The notes under the pieces were generated by a model. That model saw nothing but the letters and a program-made list of their open reading frames with translations. It did not search any database and was not told the origin of the DNA. A stretch of 64,000 bases of DNA from the NCBI RefSeq assembly GCF_006345805.1, contig NC_043012.1, positions 44,206,001 to 44,270,000 of the forward strand. The letters are read 5' to 3'. Shown here in pieces: positions 25,735-38,529 of the stretch; positions within the stretch are counted from its first letter, which is position 1, and each line of letters begins with the position of its first letter. Source of the stretch: Octopus sinensis (lineage: Eukaryota). Made by a program: the position numbers and the translations under genes.

Positions 25735-26294
25735 AGCTGGCAGAAACGTTAGCACGTCGGGCGATATGCGTAGCCGTATTTCGTCTGCCGTTACGTTCTG
25801 AGTTCAAATTCCGCCAAGGTCGACTTTGCTATTCTTCCTTTCGGGGTCGATAAATTAAGTACCAGTTACGCATTGGGATCGATGTAATCGACTTAATCCG
25901 TTTGTCTGTCCTTGTTTCTTCTCTGTGTTTAGCCCCTTGTGGGTAGTAAAGAAATAGGTATCTCGTCTGCCGCTACGTTCTGAGTTCAAATTCCGCCAAG
26001 GTCGACTTTGATTTCCTGCGTAACGGGCTCCATCTAATTGACTAGCCCCTCCCCCAAAATTTGTGGCCTTGTGTCTAGAGGAGAAAAGGATTGTTAACAT
26101 GCCAGGCAAAATGTCTAGCGGGTTTTTGTTCGTCTTTACGTTGTGAGTTCAAATTCTGCCGAGGTCGATATTGCCTTTTATCCTTTCGGGGTCGATAAAA
26201 TATGAATAAGTACCAGTTGAGTACTGGAGTCGATGTAATCGGCTTAATCCCTTCCCCAAAGTTGCTAGCCTTGTGCCAAAATTTGAAACCATAT

Positions 26295-26372
<78 letters not shown>

Positions 26373-26620
26373 ACACATACACACACAACATACACATACG
26401 CGCGCGGGTACATTCAGATAGACAAGGCAGCGAGCTGGCAGAATCGTTAGCTATGCTTTGCAAAATTCTAAACAGCATTTGGTCTGTCCTTTCTTTCTGA
26501 GTTCATCCGTTCTGGGTCGATAAAATAAGTACCACTCAAGCACTGGTGTCGATGTAATTGACTAACGCCCCTCCTCCGAAACTACTGACCTTGTGCTACA
26601 ATATGAAAACCAATACAGAG
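25735..26620 (+). mobile_element. cluster of tandem/nested SINE family B copies
   Basis: At least four GAGTTCAAATTC/GGGGTCGATAAA modules with two different 3' tails. Confidence 0.9.
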
Positions 26621-27391
26621 AGAGAGAGGGGAGAAAAGAGAGAGAGCAAGCAAACTATAAAATACGTTCTCATGAATAATTACACATCAGCTATAATTTA
26701 AAGATAATTTAATGCGGTGTGGTGGAAAATGGTGCGAAGCACATTGTAAGTGAAGTGAAGCGGTTCCAACTGAGAAATGAGATCACAACCTACTCATTCA
26801 AAAAGAATGTTTTTACAAGGATAATTCAGATCAAAGGAGGAGGATGATGGGACAATGATCGCTGAACAATGTGCAGCGTTTCTTCACTGTTAGAATATGA
26901 TTCGTAAATTGAGTGAAAATTAATCGCTGCTAATGCAGCAACACCGGCAGCAGGAGCAACAACAACAACAACCACTACTACTACTACTACAATTACTACT
27001 ATTTTGATTATAGATCTGCGTAGTCACATCTGACCTGGGGCTGTGCAACAAAAACGTCGACGCCAATGCTTACAATAATAATACAAGAGCTGAACAGAAT
27101 AAAGATGTTTTAAGCCAAAATGTAACGTGTTTTTAATTAATCGAAAATCAAACCTGCTTTTTTTAAATACAAAAATCGATTTTATAAACAATGGAATTCA
27201 TAGCTTCATTCACAGACTTTAATTACTATAATAAAGTCGAATTTATGGGATATGGGGTCAACAGGTTTCAAAAGAGGGGAAATTGAAATATATAACGATC
27301 ACACCTTGTTCAAGAATATTTTAGACACAAGCAGGGGGAAGGGGAAAATCTAACTACCTTCCCTGTGCAATCTACTTAATATGAATTTCTA

Positions 27392-27625
27392 CTACTGGAT
27401 AGTTTTATCTAAATTCTGAGAGCAGAAGAGACATTGTACAATGTGTATTTCGTTAGCTTGTTGTGTTGCATGGATACTACAGAGAAAAGACCTCTTCGTA
27501 CAACAGAAGGTAGAATAATTCACAGTGAACAGCGTCTTCCATGAAGGACTGTGACCTTCGATTAATGGAAAACTTTCGCATAAATTTTCCTGTGCAGACA
27601 TGTTCAGTCTACAGATGTGCTCTGT
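27392..27625 (-). CDS. candidate terminal exon 3 of a Cys-rich secreted/GPI-type protein (Ly6/uPAR-like)
   Basis: Acceptor ATTGATTTGTAG|ACAG|; open frame EHICRL...LCESF...FCCTKRSFLCS followed by a moderately hydrophobic tail and TAG. Confidence 0.5.
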   Translation of the reverse strand, partial: TEHICRLNMSAQENLCESFPLIEGHSPSWKTLFTVNYSTFCCTKRSFLCSIHATQQANEIHIVQCLFCSQNLDKTIQ

Positions 27626-28040
27626 CTACAAATCAATATTTACCTTCTGAATTTAAATCACGCAATCTCAGATTTTTTTCTCCATAAATATGTAAGACGA
27701 CCGCCGGTGCCTTCATATGGCCACAAGATCTACTAGAAATATTAATTAATATCCCTCAAACCAAAGAAAGATTAAAGAAAGAAGGTGTATTGGACAATGT
27801 TGTCCATCTTAAACCATAGACAAAAATAGACAAGAGTCAACTCTCTTATGACACAAGACTATTCTATTATGACTGCCCAAGAGTCATACAAACCCACATC
27901 TATCATACCCACTCCCATAATGCAGAAACAACTATTGCTCTCCTACAACCATTTTATCAAATTTTATTTTAATAGGCTGAAGAATTTCTCTCCCCCCCCC
28001 TTTTTGTAAAGAACCATACATGATGTAGTCCGATAGACTA

Positions 28041-28255
28041 TGAGGGGGTGCTGAAAATTTCCTGGTATTAAGGAACTCGCGAAAGGCCTAGCTGAAAGCC
28101 CAGCTTCTCAAGTTCTTTTACATGGCTTCGAAAAATTGAAGGACCGCTACAGTAATGTGTGGATCTGAGAGGGGAATATGTTGAATAAAATCGTAATTAT
28201 CTGATCTTCTTGTATTTTCTTTGACCCAAAGCCAGGAACTTTTTAGCATCCCTCG
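28041..28255. mobile_element. mariner-type MITE
   Basis: TA|TGAGGGGGTGCTGAAAATTTTCCTGG ... CCAGGAACTTTTTAGCATCCCTCG|TA: imperfect TIRs with TA TSD. Confidence 0.85.
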
Positions 28256-28327
28256 TATATTTCTGGTAGTTATTTGTTGCTGTTATTGAGTTATTGAGTT
28301 ACTGAGTTTCAGTTTAGCGCTGATAAA

Positions 28328-28564
28328 AGCGTTCCACCCTTGCCAGATCCATTTTCATATTTTGTATTATATTTGTTTTCAAGAAAAGCGCAACCCCTGC
28401 AGTATACTTTCGAATATGCTTCTCTAGAAGATTCGGCTACTGTTTGTAACTGTTTGTAACAGACCGAATGACCACATGGATGTTTTCTCGTTGGTTTTTC
28501 TGTACTTATTTTATTGACACTGGTGCAATAAATAAAGGCAGAGTCAAACACAATGAGATGTATC
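28328..28564 (-). CDS. candidate exon 2 of the Cys-rich gene (3' boundary uncertain)
   Basis: Strong acceptor TTTACTCTCCCTTCGTTTCCAG|G; open frame IHLIVFDSAFIYC...PCGHSVCYKQ...VYCRGCA; donor is weak (GC or GT near 28340). Confidence 0.55.
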
Positions 28565-29202
28565 CTGGAAACGAAGGGAGAGTAAACTAAATATAGACAT
28601 GAATTTAGTCAAACGCATTCCCGTCTCTGCCACAACCCTCACCTTTGTTCACCTTCTCTGAGATATTTATGTTTTGGAGGAGAGAGAGAGAATTTTAAAA
28701 AAATCAATCCTTGCTATCTCTGTTTCACAACCCACCTCTCTTCACGGTTCACTGATCTTTGCTACTTGCCATTTGCAAAGAAAAGGTGATAAAAGTATTT
28801 CAAATAATGTTAGCGATCAGAATGTTTGTATAATTTATCAAAGCTTGCTAATCAAGCGAAACGTTCGAAGTAAAATATGCCAATATGCTATTATTGGCGA
28901 TACTGATTTTCTTCTTCCTTTTCTTTGATTCAGCGTAAGGTCATTCATTGGTGAGATTGATTACATTATTTATAACAACTTACTATTTTTCATATACAAT
29001 GTATTACAGAACGTCACTTATTCTTGATTACCACGCAGTCTGCTTCCGACCATCTATAGTAGCTGTCGTAGTAGCAGCAGCAGTAGCAGCATGTAGAGGG
29101 AGGAAGGGAGAAGAGAAGTTCTAATCCAACTGGAAATTAAAGTCATCTCTCCTCTAATTACTATGCTGATTAGTTAAAAAGGTAGAAGGTCTATATTCAT
29201 AC

Positions 29203-29326
29203 CAGTAGCTGGAATGATATGTTGTAATGTTCATGCCTTTTCGAAGATCATTACTAATGTTAGTAAACAACTGAATGGCTGCATCCAGGAACCGAAACCG
29301 GCCGCAACCCTTTACCATATCTGGGT
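29203..29326 (-). CDS. candidate exon 1 of the Cys-rich gene (ATG at 29234 or upstream)
   Basis: Strong donor CTG|GTATGA in phase 2; TG plus G of the next exon gives Trp and keeps the frame: MNITTYHSSYW-IHLIVFDSA. Confidence 0.5.
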
Positions 29327-30840
29327 CTATACATACACATTTATATCTTACATTGATACAACACACTCTATGTGAGTGCATAAATGGTGTTTATTTTATC
29401 GATCTACTTCACATAGGGTGTCATATTTAGTACATAACTAATTTAGGAACAGAGAACTAACCAAGAGAGTTTAAGCTCATATTCCACTGCTTCTGCAGTA
29501 TTGCACACATGTTTAAGAGACTTCAAACCACCGCCAATTTCTCCTGACTCTAAATAGGTTCTGTAAGGCAGGCTATAAACAGCGTGAATACTCTAAGTGA
29601 TGACTGTTTTGTTAGTTTGCGATCCTGACTTCATATCTCATAAAAGCATAAAGAAATCAATGGAAAAGCCACTCCACCATGTTCGAACGATCTAATTAGT
29701 TTAATAAACAACAACAACAACAACAATACGATGAGTAGAAACGATTAAAAACCAGATCCCGGACACAGTCAATCAAGGATTTTCTTCTGTGCTCTTGACA
29801 GTAAAATGATCATTAAATGGGTGTGAAAAGAAGATGTAACATACATACTTACATACATACATACATACGTACATACATACATACATACATACGTATACAC
29901 ACGCGCGCGCGCGCACACACATACGCACACACGCAGAGAAGTGTTGACGCTATAAGCGAAGTGAATTGACTTCAAGGAGCTAAATGAAAATCGTTTCGCG
30001 GACTCCGTGCCGAGCGTGCTCGCTTCGCCTTACATAGTTTGTGATAATGACTCGTTAGCCTGAAGGCCAATCAGAAGACTTCATATTCAGGACGTGCAGA
30101 AGAAGGTGATTTCAAAATTGCAAGTTTTATTACCCTTGGACACCCATTTACAGCTAGGTATACTGAGCTGTTGATAGTTAAGTGTCTTGGCCACTAATAC
30201 ATTTGTTTTAGCATACAGGACTAGTTATTTTGTTGAAAGAGAAAACAAAATGTTAAATCGAAAATAGGTTGTTATAGAAAAAATAGAAAGCAAATAAAGA
30301 AACTGTCTCTGGAGACGTTATAAGTTAAATAATTTCTTGGAAAGTGAAACATTCTTTTCGACCTTCAACAAGGATGGAAACGCTGTCGCAAAGTTTATTA
30401 TTTTTTAAATAAAACGAATCATGAAGTGAAGTGAAACGCAATCATCAGTATAACGAAAGAACGAACAAGTTCATACTTCACAATAATAATTCCATACTTT
30501 CTCAACTTGAGTATCTATGTGTGTGTTAAGAAAGAAATGTTTCTTTATAATAATAAAACTATCAAAAAAAAAAAACAAGTAACCACATTAAAATTACATT
30601 GGCAGCTATTTTAACCCCTCAGTGCAGCATTGCAGATTACTACAGAGCATTACCATTTTTAATCAACTCCCAATAAACTCAGCGTCAGCAATAACAAAGA
30701 GGGAAATTTATTGCCAAAAATCTATCGTCTGTCTAATTAAAACTGATCACTTCAGCTGTGATTGTTTTCATAAAGGTATATCTTTTTATTTATTAATCAT
30801 TCTTCATTATTTAACAAGCTATAACTAATTCAAGAGATTA

Positions 30841-31045
30841 GGGCGGCGAGCTGGCAGGCTGGGCAAAATGCTTAGCGGCATTTCGTTCGTATTAGCGTTC
30901 TGAGTTCAAATTCCACTGAGGTCGACTCTGTCTTTCATCTCTCGCAAGGTCGATAAAATAAGTACCAGTGAAACACTGGGGTCTATCTAATTGACCGATC
31001 CCCCTCTCAAAATTGTTGGCCGTGAGCCAAAACTTGAAAACAATA
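30841..31045 (+). mobile_element. SINE family B
   Basis: GGCGGCGAGCTGGCAG head and AAAACTTGAAA tail. Confidence 0.88.
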
Positions 31046-31444
31046 TTCCAAAAGAATCTTTCTTTTTTTTTTACCCTAGCATAGAGCTGAACACTATGTT
31101 GGAGCCCTTAATGAAGAAAGAAAAATATTAAGCCATCGACCATAAAAATTGTAGATTTAACTCTTTGAACCTCCAAATATGCTTTAGGGGACACGTTTCG
31201 TCTGACTATACCCCTACCCCGGAAGACGCAAAATCGAACAGCCACATGATGATTTTGTCTCACCTGAATATAACAATGTTTTTGTCGATTAGCGAGTCGT
31301 AAACCATGTTTTTGCGACTTCTAATGGTATACTTAAACAAAATCTCACTTACTAAAGCGAACTCGTAATTTCAAATGGTTAAAACTTCTACTTTCTATAA
31401 TTTTAATTAATCTGCCTAATTATTCTACTGAACAGAGAGATAGT

Positions 31445-31725
31445 GAATATGCCACTCCGTTGGTTACGGCGACGAGGGTTCCAGTTGATCCGACCAACAG
31501 AACAGCCTGCTCGTGAAATCAATGTGCAAGTGGCTGAGCGCTCCATAGACACGCGTACCCTTAACATAGTTTTCAGAGATTCAGCGTGACGCAGAATGTG
31601 ACAAAGCCGGCCCTTTGAAGTACAAGTAGAACTCATTTTTGCCAGCTGAGTAGACTGGAGCAACGTGAAATAAAGTGTCTTGCTCAAGGATACAACGCAC
31701 TGCCGGGAATCGAACACACAGAATA
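31445..31725 (-). mobile_element. tRNA-derived SINE, family C (V/Meta-domain-like core)
   Basis: Reverse strand reads GTTCGATTCCCGG B-box then CCTTGAGCAAGACACTTTATTTCACGTTGCTCCAGTCTACTCAGCTG. Confidence 0.8.
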
Positions 31726-32519
31726 TAAGCATTGGTTAAGTATTATGTGTTGCTCTTTACTTAGTGGATATGAGTTCGTTCTCGGTGCCAGTCAACCTAC
31801 ATAAATTCCAATTCAAGCGAACCGAGCAAGTTGCACCTTTTGACCGGCAGATTTAGAAAATTATTTTTTGTAACCAAACACTTTCAAACTTCGTATACTG
31901 GTAGAATGTGTCATATAAAATATCTTTTACTCTTAGCGTTTTTGAGAAAAGCTTATATTTACGAAGTTATTTCGTGTTAAAGTTGTCGTATTTCGGTAAT
32001 TTCAACCAATCAATGATGTGTATTCAGCTGAATAAAATTACTACCGTTGTTTGTTTCTTACATTGACTCTCTACGAAACCACAGATTTATAGTTACGGGT
32101 ATAGCTGAGTCAATCGTACCTATCACATAATCTGGTATGTTTCTTATTTACTTGGAGCATTGAAATTTCGAGACGACTTTGAATTTGGAATTCAGAAAGC
32201 AAAATACTACAAGACTTTTTTTTTTTTTTGCCATGCACGTTCTACAATTTATATCAAGTTTATTACACATACTTGAGCGATGGATTCATTTGCGAATCTT
32301 TTCTGCAGTAAAACATATCAAAAGGAATTCAAACAAGAAAAAAAAGCTGCTCTTCCCAATTAAATGTTATTCACAACAGTAGAACAGCTAATGTTAACAT
32401 TGTTTACACTGTAAAGACGTGTAGGAATGTGAAAAGCCCGTGACAGTGACTGGAGACGTTACATACATACATACATATATACATACATGTATACATACAT
32501 ACATACATACATACATACA

Positions 32520-32553
<34 letters not shown>

Positions 32554-33343
32554 CATACATGTATGCATACATACATACATACATACATATTTATACACAC
32601 ACACATACATACATATATATATATATTTATATACTCACGCACGCACGTACATACATACGTACATACATACATATATATACACACACATACATACAAACAT
32701 ATGTATAAACACACACACACATATATATATTATACACAATATTCATACCTATTTCCATACATATATACATACGTTCATGCAAGGGTATAGTTTTGTACAT
32801 ACACATATATTCATACACTCACACATGTCTACACATGCACACACATTCCCACACGTATATTCAAGATTTTATTGCTAACTAGAAAGCAACTTCCGGTGAC
32901 AACGATTTGCCAAATAACTTTGAAATATTCAAAAATGAAAATCTGCAACACTATTACTTTCATCACTTGAGGAGATGTCTTAAGAGAAAGCCAGCTTGTT
33001 TTCTCTTCGTATTAGCTTTAAATATTGCCAGAAATAATTATTTGCTATTTGCTATCTAATGGGCTGGGAGGGTTGGTGTCCGAAAATCTATTTAAAAATA
33101 CATGTCAATATAACTCTTCACTTTCAGTTGATTCATACTTATTTTGGGTAACAAACTAAAACATTGATATTCAATGCATATTTCGCTGTATTGCTGTTTG
33201 ATTATACGTAGACTTTGCATTATTGTTGCTCGGCTCAATATAGAAACTGACGTAATATTAACTATGATAATAAACATGGTATATTATAAAATAGAACTTA
33301 CATACATACATATATGCATGTATATATGTATGTATGTAAATAT

Positions 33344-33375
<32 letters not shown>

Positions 33376-33510
33376 GAAGAGAGAGAGGGGGAGAGAGAGA
33401 GAGTGAGAGAGAGAGAGAGAATCCAAACAAAGAACTAAAAAAAAAACAATAACGCGAGGACGTGGTACAAGTACTGTATTATCAAACGCTCAGGAAAGGA
33501 AGGAAAGAGG

Positions 33511-33545
33511 ATTTAACGTTTCGAGCCTTGCTCTTCTTCAGAAAT
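33511..33545 (-). ncRNA. minimal type-I hammerhead ribozyme motif (Penelope-associated type)
   Basis: ATTT-CTGAAGA-A-GAGC-AAG-GCTC-GAAAC-GTT-AAAT: intact core, 4-bp stem II, palindromic ACGT stem III, 4-bp stem I. Confidence 0.8.
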
Positions 33546-34400
33546 GGAGGCACGTCCGAAGGAAGGAAAGACGGGGGAAGAAAATCGCCAACGATACACA
33601 CGCGGTTACATTTTGAAATGACCGGAAGGGAATGGGTGAAGAAAAAGTTCTTTCTAAGACGGGAGATTGCAAGAGAAGGAGATATGTGTGTGTATGTGTG
33701 GGTATGCGTGTGCGCTCAGGTTTGTGTGTGTGTAATAATAGCACGTGTATGTGCGTATGTGTGTATGTTTATGTATGTATAATTGTGTGCGTGTATGTAT
33801 GAGTGTGTATTGTGTGGGGGGGGAGGTATGTGTGGGTTCATTTGCATGTGTATGTGTGTGCGTGTGTATATACATGTGTGCGTGTGAGTGTATGTGTGTG
33901 TATATGTGCATTCGTGTGCATGTGTGCGCGTGCGCGTGTGTGTGCTCATGTTTGTGTGTGCGCGTGTGTGTATGTGTGTGCACTGGATTCCCCATTGCGT
34001 TCTGGCGTTCTGGCTGAATTAGGAATTTTATGCGGTAATCTCAGCCTGCCTGATGATTAGCTTCGCTGAGTAGAGTTTATTGTATAACATTAGCATAATA
34101 TGATTCAGCTAGTTAAGAAACATATGTAGCGTACATTTTCCTTGGTCCACTCCCTCAGTTTTATTCGCATGTTTTAGCAGTATTAGTTGCATAAACTGAG
34201 TTGTATAGAAAGTGTCAGCTTATCGAATTGCTTTGCATCTTCGATATGGGAAAAAGGGTGTAACTCTCGATGCCAATAAATTGTTATTGCATCTTATCAC
34301 AGACTGTTCCATTTTTGTTCTCTGTACCAGCCACCTACACCTTGAAGCTTGCAAACGTCCTGCACTCGGATCCCTGGATCGTCTGTGTGTGTGTGTGTGT

Positions 34401-34450
<50 letters not shown>

Positions 34451-34802
34451 GCATTTATGCATGTATGTATGTTTCGGTGTGTAAGCTATCTTCTCTTTTG
34501 AAACCAGAGTTAGTGATTGCGTTATTTTAGTAAGGGGCCTGCCTTATCAAATATTTCCTTTGAGGAGTAGAGATTAAATATGCTATTATTAATATTAGCT
34601 ACACTGTTTCTAGAACTATCGGGGAATGATAAGACTGTTCATGTCTATACCCAAGTTTTTCATTAGGCTTATGGTAGGGCTTGTCAGAACACAAGTTTTG
34701 GGCTAGAGAAGCGTCGAAGGAACCTACTTTAAAAAGGCTAGTTAGTGGTTACTGTGATTTTGAGGCCTAATTGGCCAAAGGGAGATATGAGATTTTTCCT
34801 AA

Positions 34803-34921
34803 ATATACGGCCATATCACGTTGAAATCACCGGTTCTCGTCTGATCACAGAAGTTAAGCAACGTCGAGCCTAGTCAGTACTTAGATGGGTGACCGCTTGG
34901 GAAACCTAGGTGCAGTAAGCA
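34803..34921 (+). rRNA. 5S: isolated 5S rRNA copy (probably a retrocopy or SINE head rather than a functional array gene)
   Basis: TACGGCCATATCACGTTGAAATCACCGGTTCTCGTCTGATCACAGAAGTTAAGCAACGTCG...GATGGGTGACCGCTTGGGAA...GGTGCAGTAAGC; single copy with no oligo-T terminator immediately after. Confidence 0.9.
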
Positions 34922-34996
34922 TAGCACATACAGCGGTGGTGCCCCAGCATGGCCGCGGCCTCCGGGCTAAAATATTTTTAAGGACTTTAAGGATTT
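34803..34996 (+). mobile_element. 5S head plus SINE-type tail chimera (candidate SINE3)
   Basis: After a ~12-bp linker: GGTGGTGCCCCAGCATGGCCGCGGCC-TCCG-GGCT, homologous to the family A tail, then (TTTAAGGA)2. Confidence 0.65.
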
Positions 34997-37900
34997 ATAC
35001 CAAGTGTATATTAATCACAGCCGGGAGCTATGCCCGATCCATCATCACAATGTAGACTGTCTCCTTAAGATGTCTTTTTGGAAAGATTTAAAACTGAAAC
35101 AATCGTTAATTCAAAAGGGGATAATGGCTGACTAGAGCTTTGTAAGTTTTCTGATAGAATCAATTAGGGCAGCAGGAAAATACTATGATTCTAGAAGTTG
35201 GGGAATAAAGTCAAAAGTCTTTTGTAATGAAAAATATTTTTTAAATTCAGACACCACAGCTTTATCAATTTATCAATTTAAAAGTTGTTCTTAATTTACC
35301 TCTGCCTGCTCGTCCGTGACTAACTTGATAAAATTAGAGACAGTGTGTGTAAAGATCGATTATAATATTTAGACAAGAGATAGATCAATAGAGTTTTGTC
35401 AAAAGGATGTTTTAAGCTACAAGCCAATTTGGTTTGTCAGTTTCGCTTTCCATTATTTCTTTTAAGTATATATTTGTGTGGTTTTCTGCAAAACGTCAAA
35501 ATCTTGATCCAGTATTCAACTATTAAGTTTCATCATGGTGCATTCCATATCGTGTAGCATTCCTGCAGTTCTAATGGGGGTATCGGAGTTAATGATGGGT
35601 ATTTTGCTATTAGCATTTGTTTTAGTATTCTTCTGTGATTGTACTCCCAAACATAATACATTACGGTTGCAGTTCTTTTTATTTTAGATCATAGATCAAA
35701 ATGATTTAAGATCTTGAGAAAAAAACAGTTTTCATAAATGTATTTTATTCTTTCGCTCTTCGAAACATCTTGTGAGTTACGAGTACTCTAGTGGTTAATA
35801 TTGATTCGAGGCGACGAGTTTTTTTCTGAACTTTTAGAGTTTAACATATTTTAAAATTATCGGCTTCTCTCCGAGAAATGAGTTAAATTTTCGATCATTC
35901 TAGTTACCTTTGGGGAAGTTATTTTTTTCTTCACAATATGTAGTTTCCGTAAAATATGTTACTGCTCATTTTACACCTTTATGTTGTTATCTATATCGTA
36001 TCACTCTCTGATTTTGCAACATAAGTTGTTGATGCTACAGTCATCGTGTGTGGTTTCAGAATAACTGTAGACAGATAGCCATTGATTATCAACTACTTAT
36101 CACATGTTTTAATATGGTCTCTAGCGATAACATCGATATATTTAATCATGAGAGTGGTTGTTTTCCCTACAACCATCCAAGAAACACTTAATGTGAACTT
36201 GGAGGAATTAAGAAGACTCACCTCAGACTACGAGCTTAGAATGACTTTTGGATTAGATACTGCAGCCATTTCAGTTGGATTGATTATATGTGGAAATATC
36301 TGTGTGTACTGACTTTTGATCGTTGCGAAGGCGTCGAAATTGATGGAAGTTTATCAGTTTTTAACGTTATTGATATTCTCTTCCTTGGAAGCTTTTGGCT
36401 GGTTTCGTCAGAATGGATTTAGTGTCAATTCAACAACAGCAACAACAAAGAGCGAACAGCAACATTAGCGAAAGTGGGAAAAATTGTTGATTAGACATTA
36501 GAGTAGCATTAGAGTAGCATTCCATGCGACCAGAAATTAACAACAAAATACTACTAGAACCTATAAATGATGAAAATTTGAAGTGAAGTGACAAAAATAT
36601 CAATAACACGAATTAAAACATACTGATGCTAAATGCCAAAACATAAAAGCCTCTTGGAATGTAGAAATTTTGATGTTGAGTATCCATGGCTGGACTAAGC
36701 TTGTGTGGAACCCGCAAGCAAATGTCATAAAGCATTATTTAAAACAAGGAGTTCTAAGTTAAAAACCTAGTTATTTTATCGAATTATGATTATTTTCAGA
36801 AATCCAACTGCATATATGAAGCGATCAGTTAATCCGAAAGCGAGGCAATTGAAATGAATACAAGGGCTTCACTATTATTTTGCATTACGTTTGTTAATTA
36901 TCTGATAACAGATATATTTCAGACATTTAAGTGGCTGAGGCGTGATAAATTATGTTGCAAATTTAATTGAGTTGGCACTTGATTTCGTTTTCAACCAAAC
37001 CTAAAAACACAATTTAAGTGCTACAACTTCATGCGAATTCAATAATATATAGTATTCTTACTTAAGCACCTAAAGAGCACAGATCAAATATTTTCCCCTG
37101 ATACACAGCTTTAATATAACGTAAATTTGTTTTATGGCCTAACATTGAAAATATGGATCTATTAATTTAAACTTATTTGTGTTATAGTTTTACTTAACAG
37201 CATTAAGCTAATGTAGAAACGGAACACAATAAATTCTTTCTTACCTGTTTAAAAGTCTCAGTTTGATTTAATGGACTAAGTTACCATTACGATGTCTATA
37301 ATATATTTGTAATAATTTGTTTTGTTCAATCGATCGTAACTACGAGGAAAATAATAGCTAAGCTTGGTTACTGTATGACGTGCTTTATGCATCGAGATAA
37401 AGAAAGAGAATAGCAAATCTATTAAGTAGCATCCGGCAAAAATGAATTAAATCTACATATTTATAATTTGTGTTCAGTTGAAGGCATCTTAGTGCTACAG
37501 CAACAAAGATGGTGCTGAATCGCTTGCAATTGATACTTTGCAAGTGTTTAATTTAAAGTATTGGATTTCAGAAGTATTTCGAGTTTTGGGTCAAACTTAA
37601 ACACCTAGATGTTTCATAAAAGCTGAAGGCAGTGCGCTAATATAGTAATAAAGCATACAACATGGATCTCTTGAAAGATCGTAGCATATGCATTGTGAAT
37701 ATCAAGCAATGCTAGAATATAGCAAATATCAAAGTAAGAGGCAAAATGTTAACCGGAGCAGTATCTTTAATTAAGATACATGCGAAGTTTAACGTTTATG
37801 ATGAGGGTAGATTTAATAAGACAATATGGAAATTAATTTGTCAGTGATGAAACAAGTGCAGCGGCAACAACAACAACAAGGATGACACTTAGGTATGCAG

Positions 37901-38529
37901 ACAGTTAAACAGTTTTAAATATAATCTAGTTTTCTTACATCACAAACCGCCAAAGCTGGCATGTGCACACGTACAGATTAACACCAACTTTATCATACAC
38001 ACATCCAAGTATGCACCTATATATGAACATTCACAGTTGCATTCCTGTTATGAAGTTAGAATTACGTTATCCATTGTATCCATTCCTTATCCAAGATGGT
38101 TAGACGTAATTTAAGGGAGATTACTGTTTCTGGCAGGTCAAGCTACTTTATAGAAGTTCCCTTATTCTCTTGTGAGTTTATATTTGTGCTGACTAAAGTG
38201 GATAAATATATAAAATGGTTTCAAATTCTGACAGAAGGCCAGCGAAATTAGGGGGACGCGTAAGTCTGTTATATCGATCCCTATGCTTAACTGATGCTTA
38301 TTTTATCGATCTCGAAAGAATATCGATGTATAAAAATGGATGTATAAAATGCCAAATACAACACCGCTCAGACAGACCTCTATTGATATCATTACGTTTG
38401 CATTTTAACATGGTCACCGTTAGAGGGATAAATGTTTACAAAAACACTAGTTTTAAAGAGTTACATTAACATCGCTACATTTTAAAAATCGTTTTACATG
38501 ATAGGTTGTAATATCATACATAAATACTA

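Noticed and set aside
29990-30110. CpG-rich patch with a CCAAT box as promoter of the Cys-rich gene
   Set aside because: Motifs are too short to support without TSS data.
34803-34921. Functional 5S rDNA array unit
   Set aside because: Single copy, substitutions at the 5' end and internally, no adjacent oligo-T terminator, and followed by a retroposon tail.
34540-35700. Very old minus-strand LINE endonuclease traces (IDLSLV, LNTGS-like)
   Set aside because: Too degenerate to call.
37480-37650. LRR-like words (LQVFNLKY, KLKHLDVS)
   Set aside because: In different frames with stops; could be chance.
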